Below are positions 26,318-36,435 of a DNA stretch of 64,000 bases, piece after piece (the first letter of the stretch is position 1; each line of letters opens with the position of its first letter). A program made the position numbers and the translations under genes. This DNA is from a virus: the IMG/VR virus record IMGVR_UViG_3300032288_003533, positions 1-64,000 of that record; one strand, 5' to 3'. Below the pieces are notes generated by a model, which worked only from the letters and a program-made list of their open reading frames with translations, was not told the origin of the DNA and made no database searches.

Positions 26318-28069
26318 ATGACAAGAGATCAAGTATTGATTGAATCAGCCAAATGTATAAAAAGTACACCATATTGTTTAAAGACATACTTGCAAACTTA
26401 TGACAATACAGCAAAAAGATATGTACCATTAGATTTATTTCCAGACCAAGTAAAATTGATTGAAGATTTTGATTTATATAATGAAAATATTGCATTAAAG
26501 TATAGACAAGCAGGAGTATCAACAGTTACAGCAGCTTGGATATCAAAAAGATTGGCATTTGCAAATAGGAATAAACCTGAAAAAATATTAATTATTGCCA
26601 ACAAGTTGGATACTGCTGTTGAGATGGCTAATAAGGTTAGGCATTTTACAGAACAATGGCCTAATTGGGTTGGTATTGGATTTTCATCTGAAAAAAATTC
26701 AGCAAGGCATTTTAAATTAAATAATGATTGTGAGGTTAAAGCAGTAGCAACATCAAAAGATGCATTAAGGGGTTATACTCCAACCACATTAATATTTGAT
26801 GAGGCTGCTTATATTGATGCTGACCCTGACTTCTGGGCAGCTTCTATGGCTTCACTTTCAACTGGTGGTAAGGTTGTGGTAATATCAACCCCAAATGGTT
26901 ATGATCCAATATATTATGAGATATATGACCAAGCATTGCGTAATATGAATGAGTTCAAGATTACTGAAATGGTTTGGTATAGAGATCCAAGATATACAAA
27001 AGATTTATTTATGGTTAAGACAAAAGATATGATTCATTATCTTTTGAATAAAGAAGAATATACCAAAGATGATATAATAGATTTATCCCATGAAAATTCA
27101 TATGAAAGAGACCATCAAAAAGTAATTGAATATATTGAAGAAGGCTATAAGCCATGTTCATCTTGGTATGAGGGGATGGTAAAGAAATTGAAATATGATA
27201 AAAGAAAAGTTTCACAAGAGATTGAAAGTAATTTCTTGGGTTCTGGTGATAATGTATTTGATTCAGAATTATTGACAAATATTTTAAAAAATCAATTGGC
27301 TAATCCTATATCAAAATTAATGGGTAATAGTTTATGGATGTTTAAAGAACCAGAAAATGGACATAGGTATGTTGCAGGTGTTGATGTATCTAGGGGGGAT
27401 TCAGAAGATTTTTCAACAATACAGATTATTGATTTTGATTCACAAGAACAAGTATTAGAATATGTTGGTAAAATACCCCCAGATATATTAGCAGAAGTTG
27501 TTTATAAATGGTGTACATTGTATAAGGCATTTGTTGTTGTTGATTTGACTGGTGGTATGGGAGTTGCAACATCAAGAAAATTACAAGAAATGAATTATCC
27601 TAATTTATATTATGATAATATTGATACAAATAATAAATGGAAATATGATCCAAAAATGAATGAAAGGATTCCAGGTATTAATTTCAATAGTAAAAGGGTT
27701 CAAATGATTGCATCTTATGAAGAAGCATTAAGACATGGATTTAAAATTTATTCAAATAGACTATACAATGAGATGAATACATTTATATATATAAATGGGA
27801 GACCTGATCATCAAAAGGGTCATCATGATGATTGTATTATGGCAATATCAATGGCAACTTATGTTGCTGAGAAGTCTTTCCAAAATTTAGAAAAAATAAC
27901 TAACCACACAAAGGCAATGATTAGTTCTTGGAGTTCATTTACAAATCCATACAAAGAGCAAGCTATGTTTTTTAATCCTATGTTACCAAGTAATGGGGTT
28001 GATAAAATGATAAATGCACCAAATTTAAATGATTATCAAAAATATAATTGGTTATTTGGTGTTAAATAA
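26318..28069 (+). CDS. Terminase large subunit (T4 gp17-like)
   Basis: KYRQAGVST Walker A, LIFDEAA Walker B, ISTPNG motif III, and GVDVSRG..D plus HDDCIMA RNase H-like nuclease motifs. Confidence 0.95.
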   Translation: MTRDQVLIESAKCIKSTPYCLKTYLQTYDNTAKRYVPLDLFPDQVKLIEDFDLYNENIALKYRQAGVSTVTAAWISKRLAFANRNKPEKILIIANKLDTAVEMANKVRHFTEQWPNWVGIGFSSEKNSARHFKLNNDCEVKAVATSKDALRGYTPTTLIFDEAAYIDADPDFWAASMASLSTGGKVVVISTPNGYDPIYYEIYDQALRNMNEFKITEMVWYRDPRYTKDLFMVKTKDMIHYLLNKEEYTKDDIIDLSHENSYERDHQKVIEYIEEGYKPCSSWYEGMVKKLKYDKRKVSQEIESNFLGSGDNVFDSELLTNILKNQLANPISKLMGNSLWMFKEPENGHRYVAGVDVSRGDSEDFSTIQIIDFDSQEQVLEYVGKIPPDILAEVVYKWCTLYKAFVVVDLTGGMGVATSRKLQEMNYPNLYYDNIDTNNKWKYDPKMNERIPGINFNSKRVQMIASYEEALRHGFKIYSNRLYNEMNTFIYINGRPDHQKGHHDDCIMAISMATYVAEKSFQNLEKITNHTKAMISSWSSFTNPYKEQAMFFNPMLPSNGVDKMINAPNLNDYQKYNWLFGVK

Positions 28070-28081
28070 ATTATAAATTTT

Positions 28082-29938
28082 ATGAATAATAATAATCAAA
28101 ATTTAACAATTTGGCAAAGGTTATCTGCAACTTTTGGACCAAATTCATTATTAAATCAAGACATCCCAACTTATAAGTTTGATAAAAAAGAACTTTTAAG
28201 AACTCAAAACAAACTTGATTATGAAAGGGAAAAATTACAAGCACAACAATCATTTTATTTATCAAATCAATGGGCAAAGATTGATAATCATTTATATACG
28301 CAAGCCACATATTATGAGCCAACAAGATTAGCATCAATATATGATTTTGAAAGTATGGAATATACCCCAGAGATTGGTGCAGCATTAGATATATATGCTG
28401 AAGAATCCACAACAACTGATGAGGATGGGCATATGTTACAAATATATTCTGAATCAAAAAGAATAAAATCAGTATTAACTGATTTGTTCAATAATGTTTT
28501 GGACATAAATACATCATTACCAATGTGGACTAGAAATACTTGTAAGTTTGGAGATAATTTTATTTATTTAAAATTAGATCCAGAAAAAGGAATTGTTGGG
28601 GCAAACCAATTGCCAAATATTGAAATAGAAAGATTAGAACCAGGTAGTTCTGAAAAATCACCAAATTATGGGGAAATGTCATCTGAAAACAATTCTTTAA
28701 AATTTAAATGGAAAAACAAACAAATGGAATTTCAACCTTGGGAAATTGCACATTTTAGAATATTGGGGGATGATAGAAAATTACCATATGGAACATCATT
28801 GTTAGAAAAAGCAAGACGTATTTGGAAACAACTTTTATTATCAGAAGATGCTATGTTGATATATAGAACATCAAGAGCGCCAGAACGTAGAGTATTTAAA
28901 GTTTTTGTTGGTAATATGGATGATAATGATGTTGAGGCATATGTACAACGTGTTGCAAATAAATTCAAACGTGAGCAAATTGTTGATAGTAAAACAGGTA
29001 ATGTTGATATGAGGTTTAATCAAATGGCTGTGGATCAAGATTATTTCATACCAGTAAGAGACCCTGGTCAAGTTAGTCCTATTGAAACTTTACCTGGTGG
29101 AACAAATCTTGGTGAAGTTGCAGATATTGAGTATATCCAAAAAAAATTGGTTACAGCATTGAGAATACCAAAAACATTCTTGGGTTTTGAAGATGTTGCT
29201 GGTGAAGGAAAAACTTTAGCATTACAAGATATTAGATTTGCAAGAACAATAAATAGAATTCAAAAATGTATGTTAGCTGAATTAAACAAAATAGCAATTG
29301 TGCATTTGTTTATATTAGGTTTTGAGGATGAATTATCTAATTTCACACTAGGGTTAACAAATCCATCAACTCAATCAGATTTATTGAAAATAGATTTATG
29401 GGAGTCAAAAATTAGATTATATAAAGAAGCAACAGCTGATACTGGTTCAGGTATTGCGCCAACTTCAATTACTTGGGCTAAAAAACATATATTTGGTTGG
29501 TCTGATGAAGATATTAGGTTAGATTTACAACAACAAAGGGTTGAAAGGGCAGCAGCTGAAGAATTAAAACAAACAGCACTTGTTATCAAGAAAACAGGTT
29601 TATTTGATAATATTGATAAATTATATGGTTCAGTATCTGGTGCAACACCAAGTAATCAACCAACCCCACCACCAACAGATGGAATGGATATGGGTGGACT
29701 AGATATGGGTGGACTAGATATGGGAACCCCACCACCTGCACCAGCAGGAGAACCCCCAATTGAAGGAGGTGAAACACCCCCACCAGGAAGTGAGGTAACA
29801 CCAGAATCAAGAATAAAAAATTTAAACATATTACTTGAAAGTAATAAATTTAATGGTGTTAATTATGTTCCTTTAGGTAAGGGTCAAAAATCTTTGAGTG
29901 ATTTGGAAAAAGAACTAAAAAAGTTATTAGGTTCATAA
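28082..29938 (+). CDS. Portal protein (T4 gp20-like)
   Basis: EDAMLIYRTSRAPERRVF, QDYFIPVR, IETLPGG.NL and DIRFARTINRIQ. Confidence 0.95.
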   Translation: MNNNNQNLTIWQRLSATFGPNSLLNQDIPTYKFDKKELLRTQNKLDYEREKLQAQQSFYLSNQWAKIDNHLYTQATYYEPTRLASIYDFESMEYTPEIGAALDIYAEESTTTDEDGHMLQIYSESKRIKSVLTDLFNNVLDINTSLPMWTRNTCKFGDNFIYLKLDPEKGIVGANQLPNIEIERLEPGSSEKSPNYGEMSSENNSLKFKWKNKQMEFQPWEIAHFRILGDDRKLPYGTSLLEKARRIWKQLLLSEDAMLIYRTSRAPERRVFKVFVGNMDDNDVEAYVQRVANKFKREQIVDSKTGNVDMRFNQMAVDQDYFIPVRDPGQVSPIETLPGGTNLGEVADIEYIQKKLVTALRIPKTFLGFEDVAGEGKTLALQDIRFARTINRIQKCMLAELNKIAIVHLFILGFEDELSNFTLGLTNPSTQSDLLKIDLWESKIRLYKEATADTGSGIAPTSITWAKKHIFGWSDEDIRLDLQQQRVERAAAEELKQTALVIKKTGLFDNIDKLYGSVSGATPSNQPTPPPTDGMDMGGLDMGGLDMGTPPPAPAGEPPIEGGETPPPGSEVTPESRIKNLNILLESNKFNGVNYVPLGKGQKSLSDLEKELKKLLGS

Positions 29939-29961
29939 TATTTATAAAAAAAAAGAAAAAT

Positions 29962-30666
29962 ATGAAATTTGGTAAAGTAAAAACAATTATTGAAAATAAT
30001 CTTTCAGAATCTGTAAAAGATAAAAAGATTTTTAAAGAAAACATAAAAAATTTTAAAAAGCATATATTAAGTGATAAAAATTTATCCAAATTATATGTGT
30101 TGTATGGTGATTTATCAAAACCAAGGGGGTTAAGTGAAAGTGCTGCTAAAACTTATCTGGATGAGGGAATTGATTGGGCTAAAAAATTAATTAATAAATC
30201 TAAAATACCTGTTATCTTAAATAAACTGGATAATAATGAGTATGAAAATATTGATAAATTGGTTTATGAATCAACTAAAAGTATTGAAGAATTAATTGAA
30301 ATCAAAAAAAATATTTTAAATACATTGACACAACCAATTAAAATTAATGAAAATAAAATTAACTTGCCAATAAGTTCAATGGTTAAAGTTGTTAATACAA
30401 AAGTTAATGAATATATTAATTCATTAAATGAGGAAACAAAAAAGGAAATTTTAGCATTATTAAAAGAAGATAAGAATAAATTAAATGATGATTTTAAATC
30501 ATTAAAATCTGATACAGAAAAAAAACTGGTTGAACTATCTTTGAATGAAACAAATATTGAAGTTAAAACAAAAATATTAAAAGCTATTGATAAAGTTAAA
30601 AGTGATAAGTTTGATATATTGAATTATTATGAGATAAAAAATTTAAATAAATCATTAAATGGTTAA
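29962..30666 (+). CDS. Hypothetical head-module protein
   Basis: 234 aa ORF between portal and protease, with a TATTTATA motif upstream. Confidence 0.7.
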   Translation: MKFGKVKTIIENNLSESVKDKKIFKENIKNFKKHILSDKNLSKLYVLYGDLSKPRGLSESAAKTYLDEGIDWAKKLINKSKIPVILNKLDNNEYENIDKLVYESTKSIEELIEIKKNILNTLTQPIKINENKINLPISSMVKVVNTKVNEYINSLNEETKKEILALLKEDKNKLNDDFKSLKSDTEKKLVELSLNETNIEVKTKILKAIDKVKSDKFDILNYYEIKNLNKSLNG

Positions 30667-30722
30667 TTTTATTTGATAATTATATTGTTTTTGTTTATTT
30701 TTAAATAAACAATTAACAATCA

Positions 30723-31163
30723 ATGAAGAATGGGAAAAAAATAAGACTTAGGTTATTTAATGATTTAAAAGTATTTTATGGCACTATTGATTATATTGAA
30801 TTAAAATCAATTTACATAAATATCCAATCTTGGGTTCAACCCAAAGATGATTATACTAACTGGAAAAAAATTGTTTGCACCCAGTCTAGGGATATTAAGC
30901 ATACAATATTAGATGTCAATGATTTAAAGTTATTTCATAAATCAACAATTGTTGATTTGGATATTAGACATAGTGGGATTTCATTGGATAAAAAATCTTT
31001 TATGAATCTTGAAATAACTTTATTTGTTAAAGTTGGGGTTGATTTTAAATCAATTGAACTAAAAGACTCTGTTAGAAAAATAATAAAAGAAATATATAAT
31101 AAAAATATTTCAAAAAACAAATATTTTGATTTTTTCATAACAAAAAGAGATTTAATTCAATAA
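30723..31163 (+). CDS. Hypothetical protein
   Basis: 146 aa ORF containing IVDLDIRHSGI...KKSFMNLEITLF. Confidence 0.7.
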   Translation: MKNGKKIRLRLFNDLKVFYGTIDYIELKSIYINIQSWVQPKDDYTNWKKIVCTQSRDIKHTILDVNDLKLFHKSTIVDLDIRHSGISLDKKSFMNLEITLFVKVGVDFKSIELKDSVRKIIKEIYNKNISKNKYFDFFITKRDLIQ

Positions 31164-31201
31164 AACAAAACATTTTATATATTTATTATATAAAATATAA
31201 T

Positions 31202-31903
31202 ATGAATAGTTTAAGAATACTAGAAGCAAATGAAATTGGTCATGGAATATTAATTGAGGCAGATGCTGGGTGGATTAATCCCAAAGACCAATTAAATATT
31301 AATTTAATACAAGAAAACAAGAAGTTAGATTATAAGAACCCTTTTGAATTTTATGCTGTATTGCAAAAGCATGATGTACCAAATAGAAATGGTAGAACAT
31401 ACCCTGAAAAAATATTAAAAAGGGAGGCTGAAAGATACAAAAAAATTATTGAAAAGGGTTTATCTACTTCTGAATTAAATCACCCCGAATCATCCTTAAT
31501 TGACTTAGATAGAGTTGCTCACTTAATAACAGATATTTGGTGGGATAATAATATACTAATGGGCAAATTATTGTTATTAACTTCTCCTGGCTTCCATGAG
31601 AGGGGTATTGTATCAACCAAGGGTGATGTTGCCGCAAATCTAATGAGGCAAGGAGTAAGCCTAGGAATCAGTTCTAGGGGGGTTGGATCACTTAAAAAAG
31701 TTGGGGAGAAAAATGAGGTTCAAGATGATTTTGAATTGATTTGTTTTGATTTGGTTTCATCGCCATCAACGCCTGGGGCATACCTATTCTCAAATAAGGA
31801 AGATAGGCATAAGTATGATGAGAAATTGGAAGAAGAAAAGAAAATTGACCCATCAAATAATATATTAAAATTAATGAATAAACTTGATAGTTATTTAAAA
31901 TGA
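31202..31903 (+). CDS. Prohead core protease (T4 gp21-like)
   Basis: NRNGRTYP, ELNHPE, GISSRGVGS and FDLVSSPSTPGAY. Confidence 0.95.
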   Translation: MNSLRILEANEIGHGILIEADAGWINPKDQLNINLIQENKKLDYKNPFEFYAVLQKHDVPNRNGRTYPEKILKREAERYKKIIEKGLSTSELNHPESSLIDLDRVAHLITDIWWDNNILMGKLLLLTSPGFHERGIVSTKGDVAANLMRQGVSLGISSRGVGSLKKVGEKNEVQDDFELICFDLVSSPSTPGAYLFSNKEDRHKYDEKLEEEKKIDPSNNILKLMNKLDSYLK

Positions 31904-33210
31904 AAAAAGAAACAATAAGAAAAATAATTGATTTTATTGAAAATCAAGAAAAAAAAGCACCAACAATTAAAGGTTCTTTCTTATGGAAACTTGTGGTTCA
32001 GGAACCATTAACAAAAGAAGAGTTAAATCATAAAGGTAATTTGGATTTGACACATTCAACAATAACACAATTACCAAAAGGATTGAAAGTTGGGGGATAT
32101 TTAAATTTAGGAGCAACAGAAATAGAATTTTTACCAGAAGGATTGGAAGTTGGAGGTGGTTTATCTTTAGCATTTTCAAATATAAAATCCTTACCAAAAG
32201 GCTTGAAAGTTAGGGGGGATTTGAATTTAGATAATACAAAAATAACTTCATTACCAGAAGGATTGAAAGTTGGGGGTGTTATATATGCAACAGATTCTAA
32301 TCTACTTAATTTATTAGAAATACCAAAAAACATAGAAACTGAAGGAATTATAACTAACACCAAATTATTACTTAATCCAAATTTAAAAATAAATAGGGGT
32401 TTGAATTTATCAAATTCAAAAATAACATCCTTACCAAAAGGATTAAAAGTTAATGGTAATTTGATATTGAGTATTTCAAAAATAACAGAATTACCAAAAG
32501 GTTTGGAAGTTGGAGGTGATTTGGACTTAAATAATTCAAAAATAACCTCATTACCAGAAGGATTGAAAGTTGGAGGTATGATTTATGCAAATATGTTTAA
32601 TTTAGTAGAAATACCAAAAAATATAGAAACTATAGGAATTATAACTAACACCAATGTACTACTTTCAAGTTTAACAATAAAAAATAACTTGTATTTAGCA
32701 GGTTCAAAAATAACCTCATTACCAAAAGGCTTGAAAGTTTATGGGAATATGAGTTTAGGGCAGAGTAAAATAAAAACATTACCAGAAGGGTTAGAAGTTG
32801 GTGGTTGGCTAAATATTTCTGATACTATGATAAGAACATTACCAAAAGGATTAAAAGTTGGTGGTTCTCTGGTTATATCTTATACAAGGATAGGAAAACT
32901 ACCAAAAGGATTAAAAGTTGGGGGTATTATCTATGCAGATAAAACTTATCTATCTAATATAGATGAAATACCAAAAGATGTAATAACTAGTGGAATTTTA
33001 ACTCACAACAAATTAATAATTAATCCAAATTTACCAATAAATAATGACTTAGATTTATCTAAGTCAACAATAAATTCATTACCAAAAGGATTAAAAGTTA
33101 ATGGTAATTTAAATATTAAGAAATCAAGATTGGCAGTACATTCAGACAATGGTTTATTAGAAATGATTGGGGATGATGGCTATATAAAAGGTTCAATAAT
33201 TAGATATTAA
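31900..33210 (+). CDS. Short-LRR family protein (array 2) with three atypical inserted segments
   Basis: 436 aa, ATGA overlap with the protease stop. Standard repeats are interrupted three times by IYA...EIPKNIETxGIITNT. Confidence 0.9.
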   Translation: MKKETIRKIIDFIENQEKKAPTIKGSFLWKLVVQEPLTKEELNHKGNLDLTHSTITQLPKGLKVGGYLNLGATEIEFLPEGLEVGGGLSLAFSNIKSLPKGLKVRGDLNLDNTKITSLPEGLKVGGVIYATDSNLLNLLEIPKNIETEGIITNTKLLLNPNLKINRGLNLSNSKITSLPKGLKVNGNLILSISKITELPKGLEVGGDLDLNNSKITSLPEGLKVGGMIYANMFNLVEIPKNIETIGIITNTNVLLSSLTIKNNLYLAGSKITSLPKGLKVYGNMSLGQSKIKTLPEGLEVGGWLNISDTMIRTLPKGLKVGGSLVISYTRIGKLPKGLKVGGIIYADKTYLSNIDEIPKDVITSGILTHNKLIINPNLPINNDLDLSKSTINSLPKGLKVNGNLNIKKSRLAVHSDNGLLEMIGDDGYIKGSIIRY

Positions 33211-33611
33211 TGGAAATAGCAACATTAAAAAACATATTTAATTTCCTTGAAGGAAGTGAAAAAAAGTTCTCCATAAAATGGAAAATGATGAATAAAATCC
33301 CCTTTACTAAAGAACAATTACACGTCAAAGGTGATTTGGATTTACAAGGGGAAGACATACAACAATTGCCAGATGGGCTATATGTTAAACGTAATTTATT
33401 GTTAAATGCCACACCAATAAAAAAATTGCCAAAAGGTTTAAGAGTTGGTGGCAATTTGGAATTACAAGATTGTGAAAATTTAAAATCCCTACCAAAAGAT
33501 TTAAAAGTTCGTGGGGGTATATGGCTTGCTGGTACACCATTAGGAAGAATGTCAGATGAGAAAATATTAAACATAGTAAAACCAGATGGTTATATAGGTA
33601 AAATATATTAA
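33210..33611 (+). CDS. Short-LRR family protein (array 2, ~4 repeats)
   Basis: Same caps and repeat consensus, TAATG coupled. Confidence 0.9.
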   Translation: MEIATLKNIFNFLEGSEKKFSIKWKMMNKIPFTKEQLHVKGDLDLQGEDIQQLPDGLYVKRNLLLNATPIKKLPKGLRVGGNLELQDCENLKSLPKDLKVRGGIWLAGTPLGRMSDEKILNIVKPDGYIGKIY

Positions 33612-33612
33612 A

Positions 33613-34203
33613 ATGAAAGAAGAAACATTAGGAAAGATATTTGAATTTATCAAAGAAAACAGCAAACAAAATTTACCATTATTTTGGAAAATGAAAAATA
33701 ATATACCATTAACAGAAGAAGATTTGACTGTTAAAGGTGATTTAAATTTACATAATTCAAAAATAACATCCTTACCAGATGGATTAAAAGTTGAGGGTGA
33801 ATTGGATTTATCATATTCAAATATAAAATCATTACCAAAAGGTTTAATAGTTAATAGCCACTTAATATTAGAAGAATCAGAAATACGTTCTTTACCAGAA
33901 GGTTTAAAAGTTGGGGGCAATTTAATGTTAGCAAGTTGTGAATATATTTTTTCATTACCAAAAGGATTAAAAGTTGGACATATTTTAGATTTAACAAAAT
34001 CAAATATAAAAACATTACCAGAAGGATTGGAGGTTGGACATAGTTTATGGCTATTTGGATGTTGGGGTTTAACCTCATTACCAAAAGGCTTGAAAGTTGG
34101 GGGTGACTTAAATATTTATAAAACAAAATTAGAAGAATATTCAGATGATGAATTAAGAGAAATGATTAAACCAGGATTTATAAAAGGTTCAATAAATAGA
34201 TAA
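33613..34203 (+). CDS. Short-LRR family protein (array 2, ~7 repeats)
   Basis: Same caps and repeat consensus. Confidence 0.9.
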   Translation: MKEETLGKIFEFIKENSKQNLPLFWKMKNNIPLTEEDLTVKGDLNLHNSKITSLPDGLKVEGELDLSYSNIKSLPKGLIVNSHLILEESEIRSLPEGLKVGGNLMLASCEYIFSLPKGLKVGHILDLTKSNIKTLPEGLEVGHSLWLFGCWGLTSLPKGLKVGGDLNIYKTKLEEYSDDELREMIKPGFIKGSINR

Positions 34204-34205
34204 TA

Positions 34206-34796
34206 ATGGAAAAAGAAACATTAAAAAGAATATTTGATTTTATTGAAGGGAATGAAGGGCATAAAAAACCATTATTTTGGAAATTGAAAAATAATATACC
34301 ATTAACAGAAGAAGATTTAACTGTTAAAGGTGATTTAAATTTAGAAAATTCAAAAATAACATCCTTACCAGATGGTTTGAAAGTTGAGGGTGATTTGATG
34401 TTAACCTTTTCAAAAATAACCTCATTACCAGATAATTTACAAGTTGGGGGTCATTTAAACATAGTTGGTTGTGATGCCATAAACTCATTACCAAAAGGAT
34501 TAAAAGTTGGCGACAGTATTCAATTATCCCCAAAACGAATAGTTTCCATTGGGGAAGGATTGTTTGTTGGTGGGGATTTAAATTTATTTAATAGCCAAAT
34601 AAAATCATTACCCCAAGGAGTTAAAATTGGGGGGGAGTTAGGTTTATCCTTTACAAAACTAGAAACATTACCAAAAGGTTTGATAGTTAAAGGTGGTTTG
34701 GAGATTGCTGGAACACCATTAGAAAACTATTCAAATAAAGAATTAAGAGATATGGTTAAACCTGGTGTTATAAAAGGTCCAATAATTAGAGATTAG
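34206..34796 (+). CDS. Short-LRR family protein (array 2, ~7 repeats)
   Basis: Same caps and repeat consensus. Confidence 0.9.
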   Translation: MEKETLKRIFDFIEGNEGHKKPLFWKLKNNIPLTEEDLTVKGDLNLENSKITSLPDGLKVEGDLMLTFSKITSLPDNLQVGGHLNIVGCDAINSLPKGLKVGDSIQLSPKRIVSIGEGLFVGGDLNLFNSQIKSLPQGVKIGGELGLSFTKLETLPKGLIVKGGLEIAGTPLENYSNKELRDMVKPGVIKGPIIRD

Positions 34797-34798
34797 AA

Positions 34799-36022
34799 AT
34801 GAAAATAGAAACATTAAAAAGAATATTTGATTTTATTGAAAATAAAGAAAACAAAAAACATAAAGCCAAAGCAACTTTAAAGTGGAAGTTGTTTTTTAAT
34901 GAACCATTAACAAAAGATGATTTGATTGTTAATGGAAATTTGGATTTGGCAAATTCAAAAATAACATCTTTACCTGAAGGATTGGAAATTAAGGGTACTT
35001 TGGATTTAAGAAATTGCACAAGTTTAACATCATTACCACAAGGATTGAAAGTTGGGGGTAATTTATATTTAATTAGTTCAAAAATAACATCTTTGCCTGA
35101 AGGATTGGAAATTAAGGGTACTTTGGATTTAAGAAATTGCACAAGTTTAACATCATTACCAGAAGGATTAGAAGTTGGTGGTGATTTAAATTTATCTAAT
35201 TGCACAAGTTTAACATCATTACCACAAGGATTGAAAGTTAAAGGAGATTTAGATTTATATGGTTGTAAAAACTTAAAATACTTACCAATAGGATTGATAG
35301 TTGTTGGTGATATAAATTTACAATACTCAACAATAACAACCTTACCAGAAGGCTTAAAAGTTGGTGGTGATTTGAATTTATATAATTGCAAAAGTTTAAA
35401 ATCCCTACCAAAAGTATTGAAAGTTGGTGGTTTTTTAAATTTAAACAAATGCACAAGTTTAACATCATTACCAGAAGGATTAGAAGTTGGGGGTACATTA
35501 TATTTAAAGAATTGTTCCAAATTAAAATCATTACCAATAGGGTTGAAAATTGGGGAGGCTTTGCAATTGAATGATACAAATATAACTACTCTCCCAAAAG
35601 ATTTGAAATTTGTTACTGATTTGGATTTATCAGGTTCTAAAATAATGTCATTACCAGATAATTTACATGTTAGGGGTAGGTTAGATTTGGCTTTTTGCGA
35701 AAATTTAACTTCATTACCAACTGGATTAAAAGTTGATGGTGATTTAATATTAACCTTTGCAAAAATAACCTCATTACCAGATAATTTACAAGTTGGCAAA
35801 TATTTGGATTTGGGTAATACAAAAATAACTTCACTACCTAAAGGGTTAAAAGTTGGTAGTAGATTGAATATAAGTGGTACACAAATAACCTCATTACCAA
35901 AAGGACTAAAAGTTGGAGAAAATTTACTTATAGTGAACACAAATTTAAAAAAATATACTGATGAGGAATTAAGAGAAATGGTTAAGCCTGGATTTATAAA
36001 AGGTGAAATATATAGAGGATAA
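34799..36022 (+). CDS. Short-LRR family protein (array 2, ~17 repeats)
   Basis: 407 aa, containing a recent internal duplication offset by 123 bp (34954 and 35077). Confidence 0.9.
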   Translation: MKIETLKRIFDFIENKENKKHKAKATLKWKLFFNEPLTKDDLIVNGNLDLANSKITSLPEGLEIKGTLDLRNCTSLTSLPQGLKVGGNLYLISSKITSLPEGLEIKGTLDLRNCTSLTSLPEGLEVGGDLNLSNCTSLTSLPQGLKVKGDLDLYGCKNLKYLPIGLIVVGDINLQYSTITTLPEGLKVGGDLNLYNCKSLKSLPKVLKVGGFLNLNKCTSLTSLPEGLEVGGTLYLKNCSKLKSLPIGLKIGEALQLNDTNITTLPKDLKFVTDLDLSGSKIMSLPDNLHVRGRLDLAFCENLTSLPTGLKVDGDLILTFAKITSLPDNLQVGKYLDLGNTKITSLPKGLKVGSRLNISGTQITSLPKGLKVGENLLIVNTNLKKYTDEELREMVKPGFIKGEIYRG

Positions 36023-36097
36023 AAAAATTTAATTATTTTTAATTATTTTTACAAAAAAAATAACTATATTTATACAAACAAATAAAAAACAATACCT

Positions 36098-36307
36098 ATG
36101 GATGAAAAATTCTTTGTTGCCAAATTAACTTTTTCTCTACCTGATGAGAATACTGGTAAAATGAAAAAAGTAAGAGAAGAGAAACTAGTGAAGGGTTATT
36201 CTGTAACAGATGTTGAAGCAAAAGTTACTGAAAAATATCAAAATTTCACACAAGATTGGAGGATAACTTCTGTATCAGAATCAAAAATTGATGAAGTTTT
36301 TCAATAA
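36098..36307 (+). CDS. DUF4494-like small protein
   Basis: FFVAKL...ENTGKMKKVREEKLVKGYSVTDVEAKV...ITSVSESKIDEVF resembles the Bacteroidetes DUF4494 pattern. Confidence 0.65.
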   Translation: MDEKFFVAKLTFSLPDENTGKMKKVREEKLVKGYSVTDVEAKVTEKYQNFTQDWRITSVSESKIDEVFQ

Positions 36308-36327
36308 AAACTAATTGTTTTTCTCTT

Positions 36328-36362
36328 AAACCCCTAGCATAAAAAATGTTAGGGGTTTTTTA
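36328..36362 (+). terminator. Intrinsic terminator
   Basis: aaacccctagca...tgttaggggttttt. Confidence 0.75.
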
Positions 36363-36435
36363 TTTTAAAAAAAATAATGATAATCAGTAACTTTTTTACT
36401 TTTTGATATATTTATTATAAAAATAAATAAAAATT

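Noticed and set aside
34786-35940. Long antisense ORFs over LRR genes (also 15094, 44477, 44887, 45594, 46112)
   Set aside because: These are shadow frames caused by the repetitive codon pattern of the LRR scaffold.
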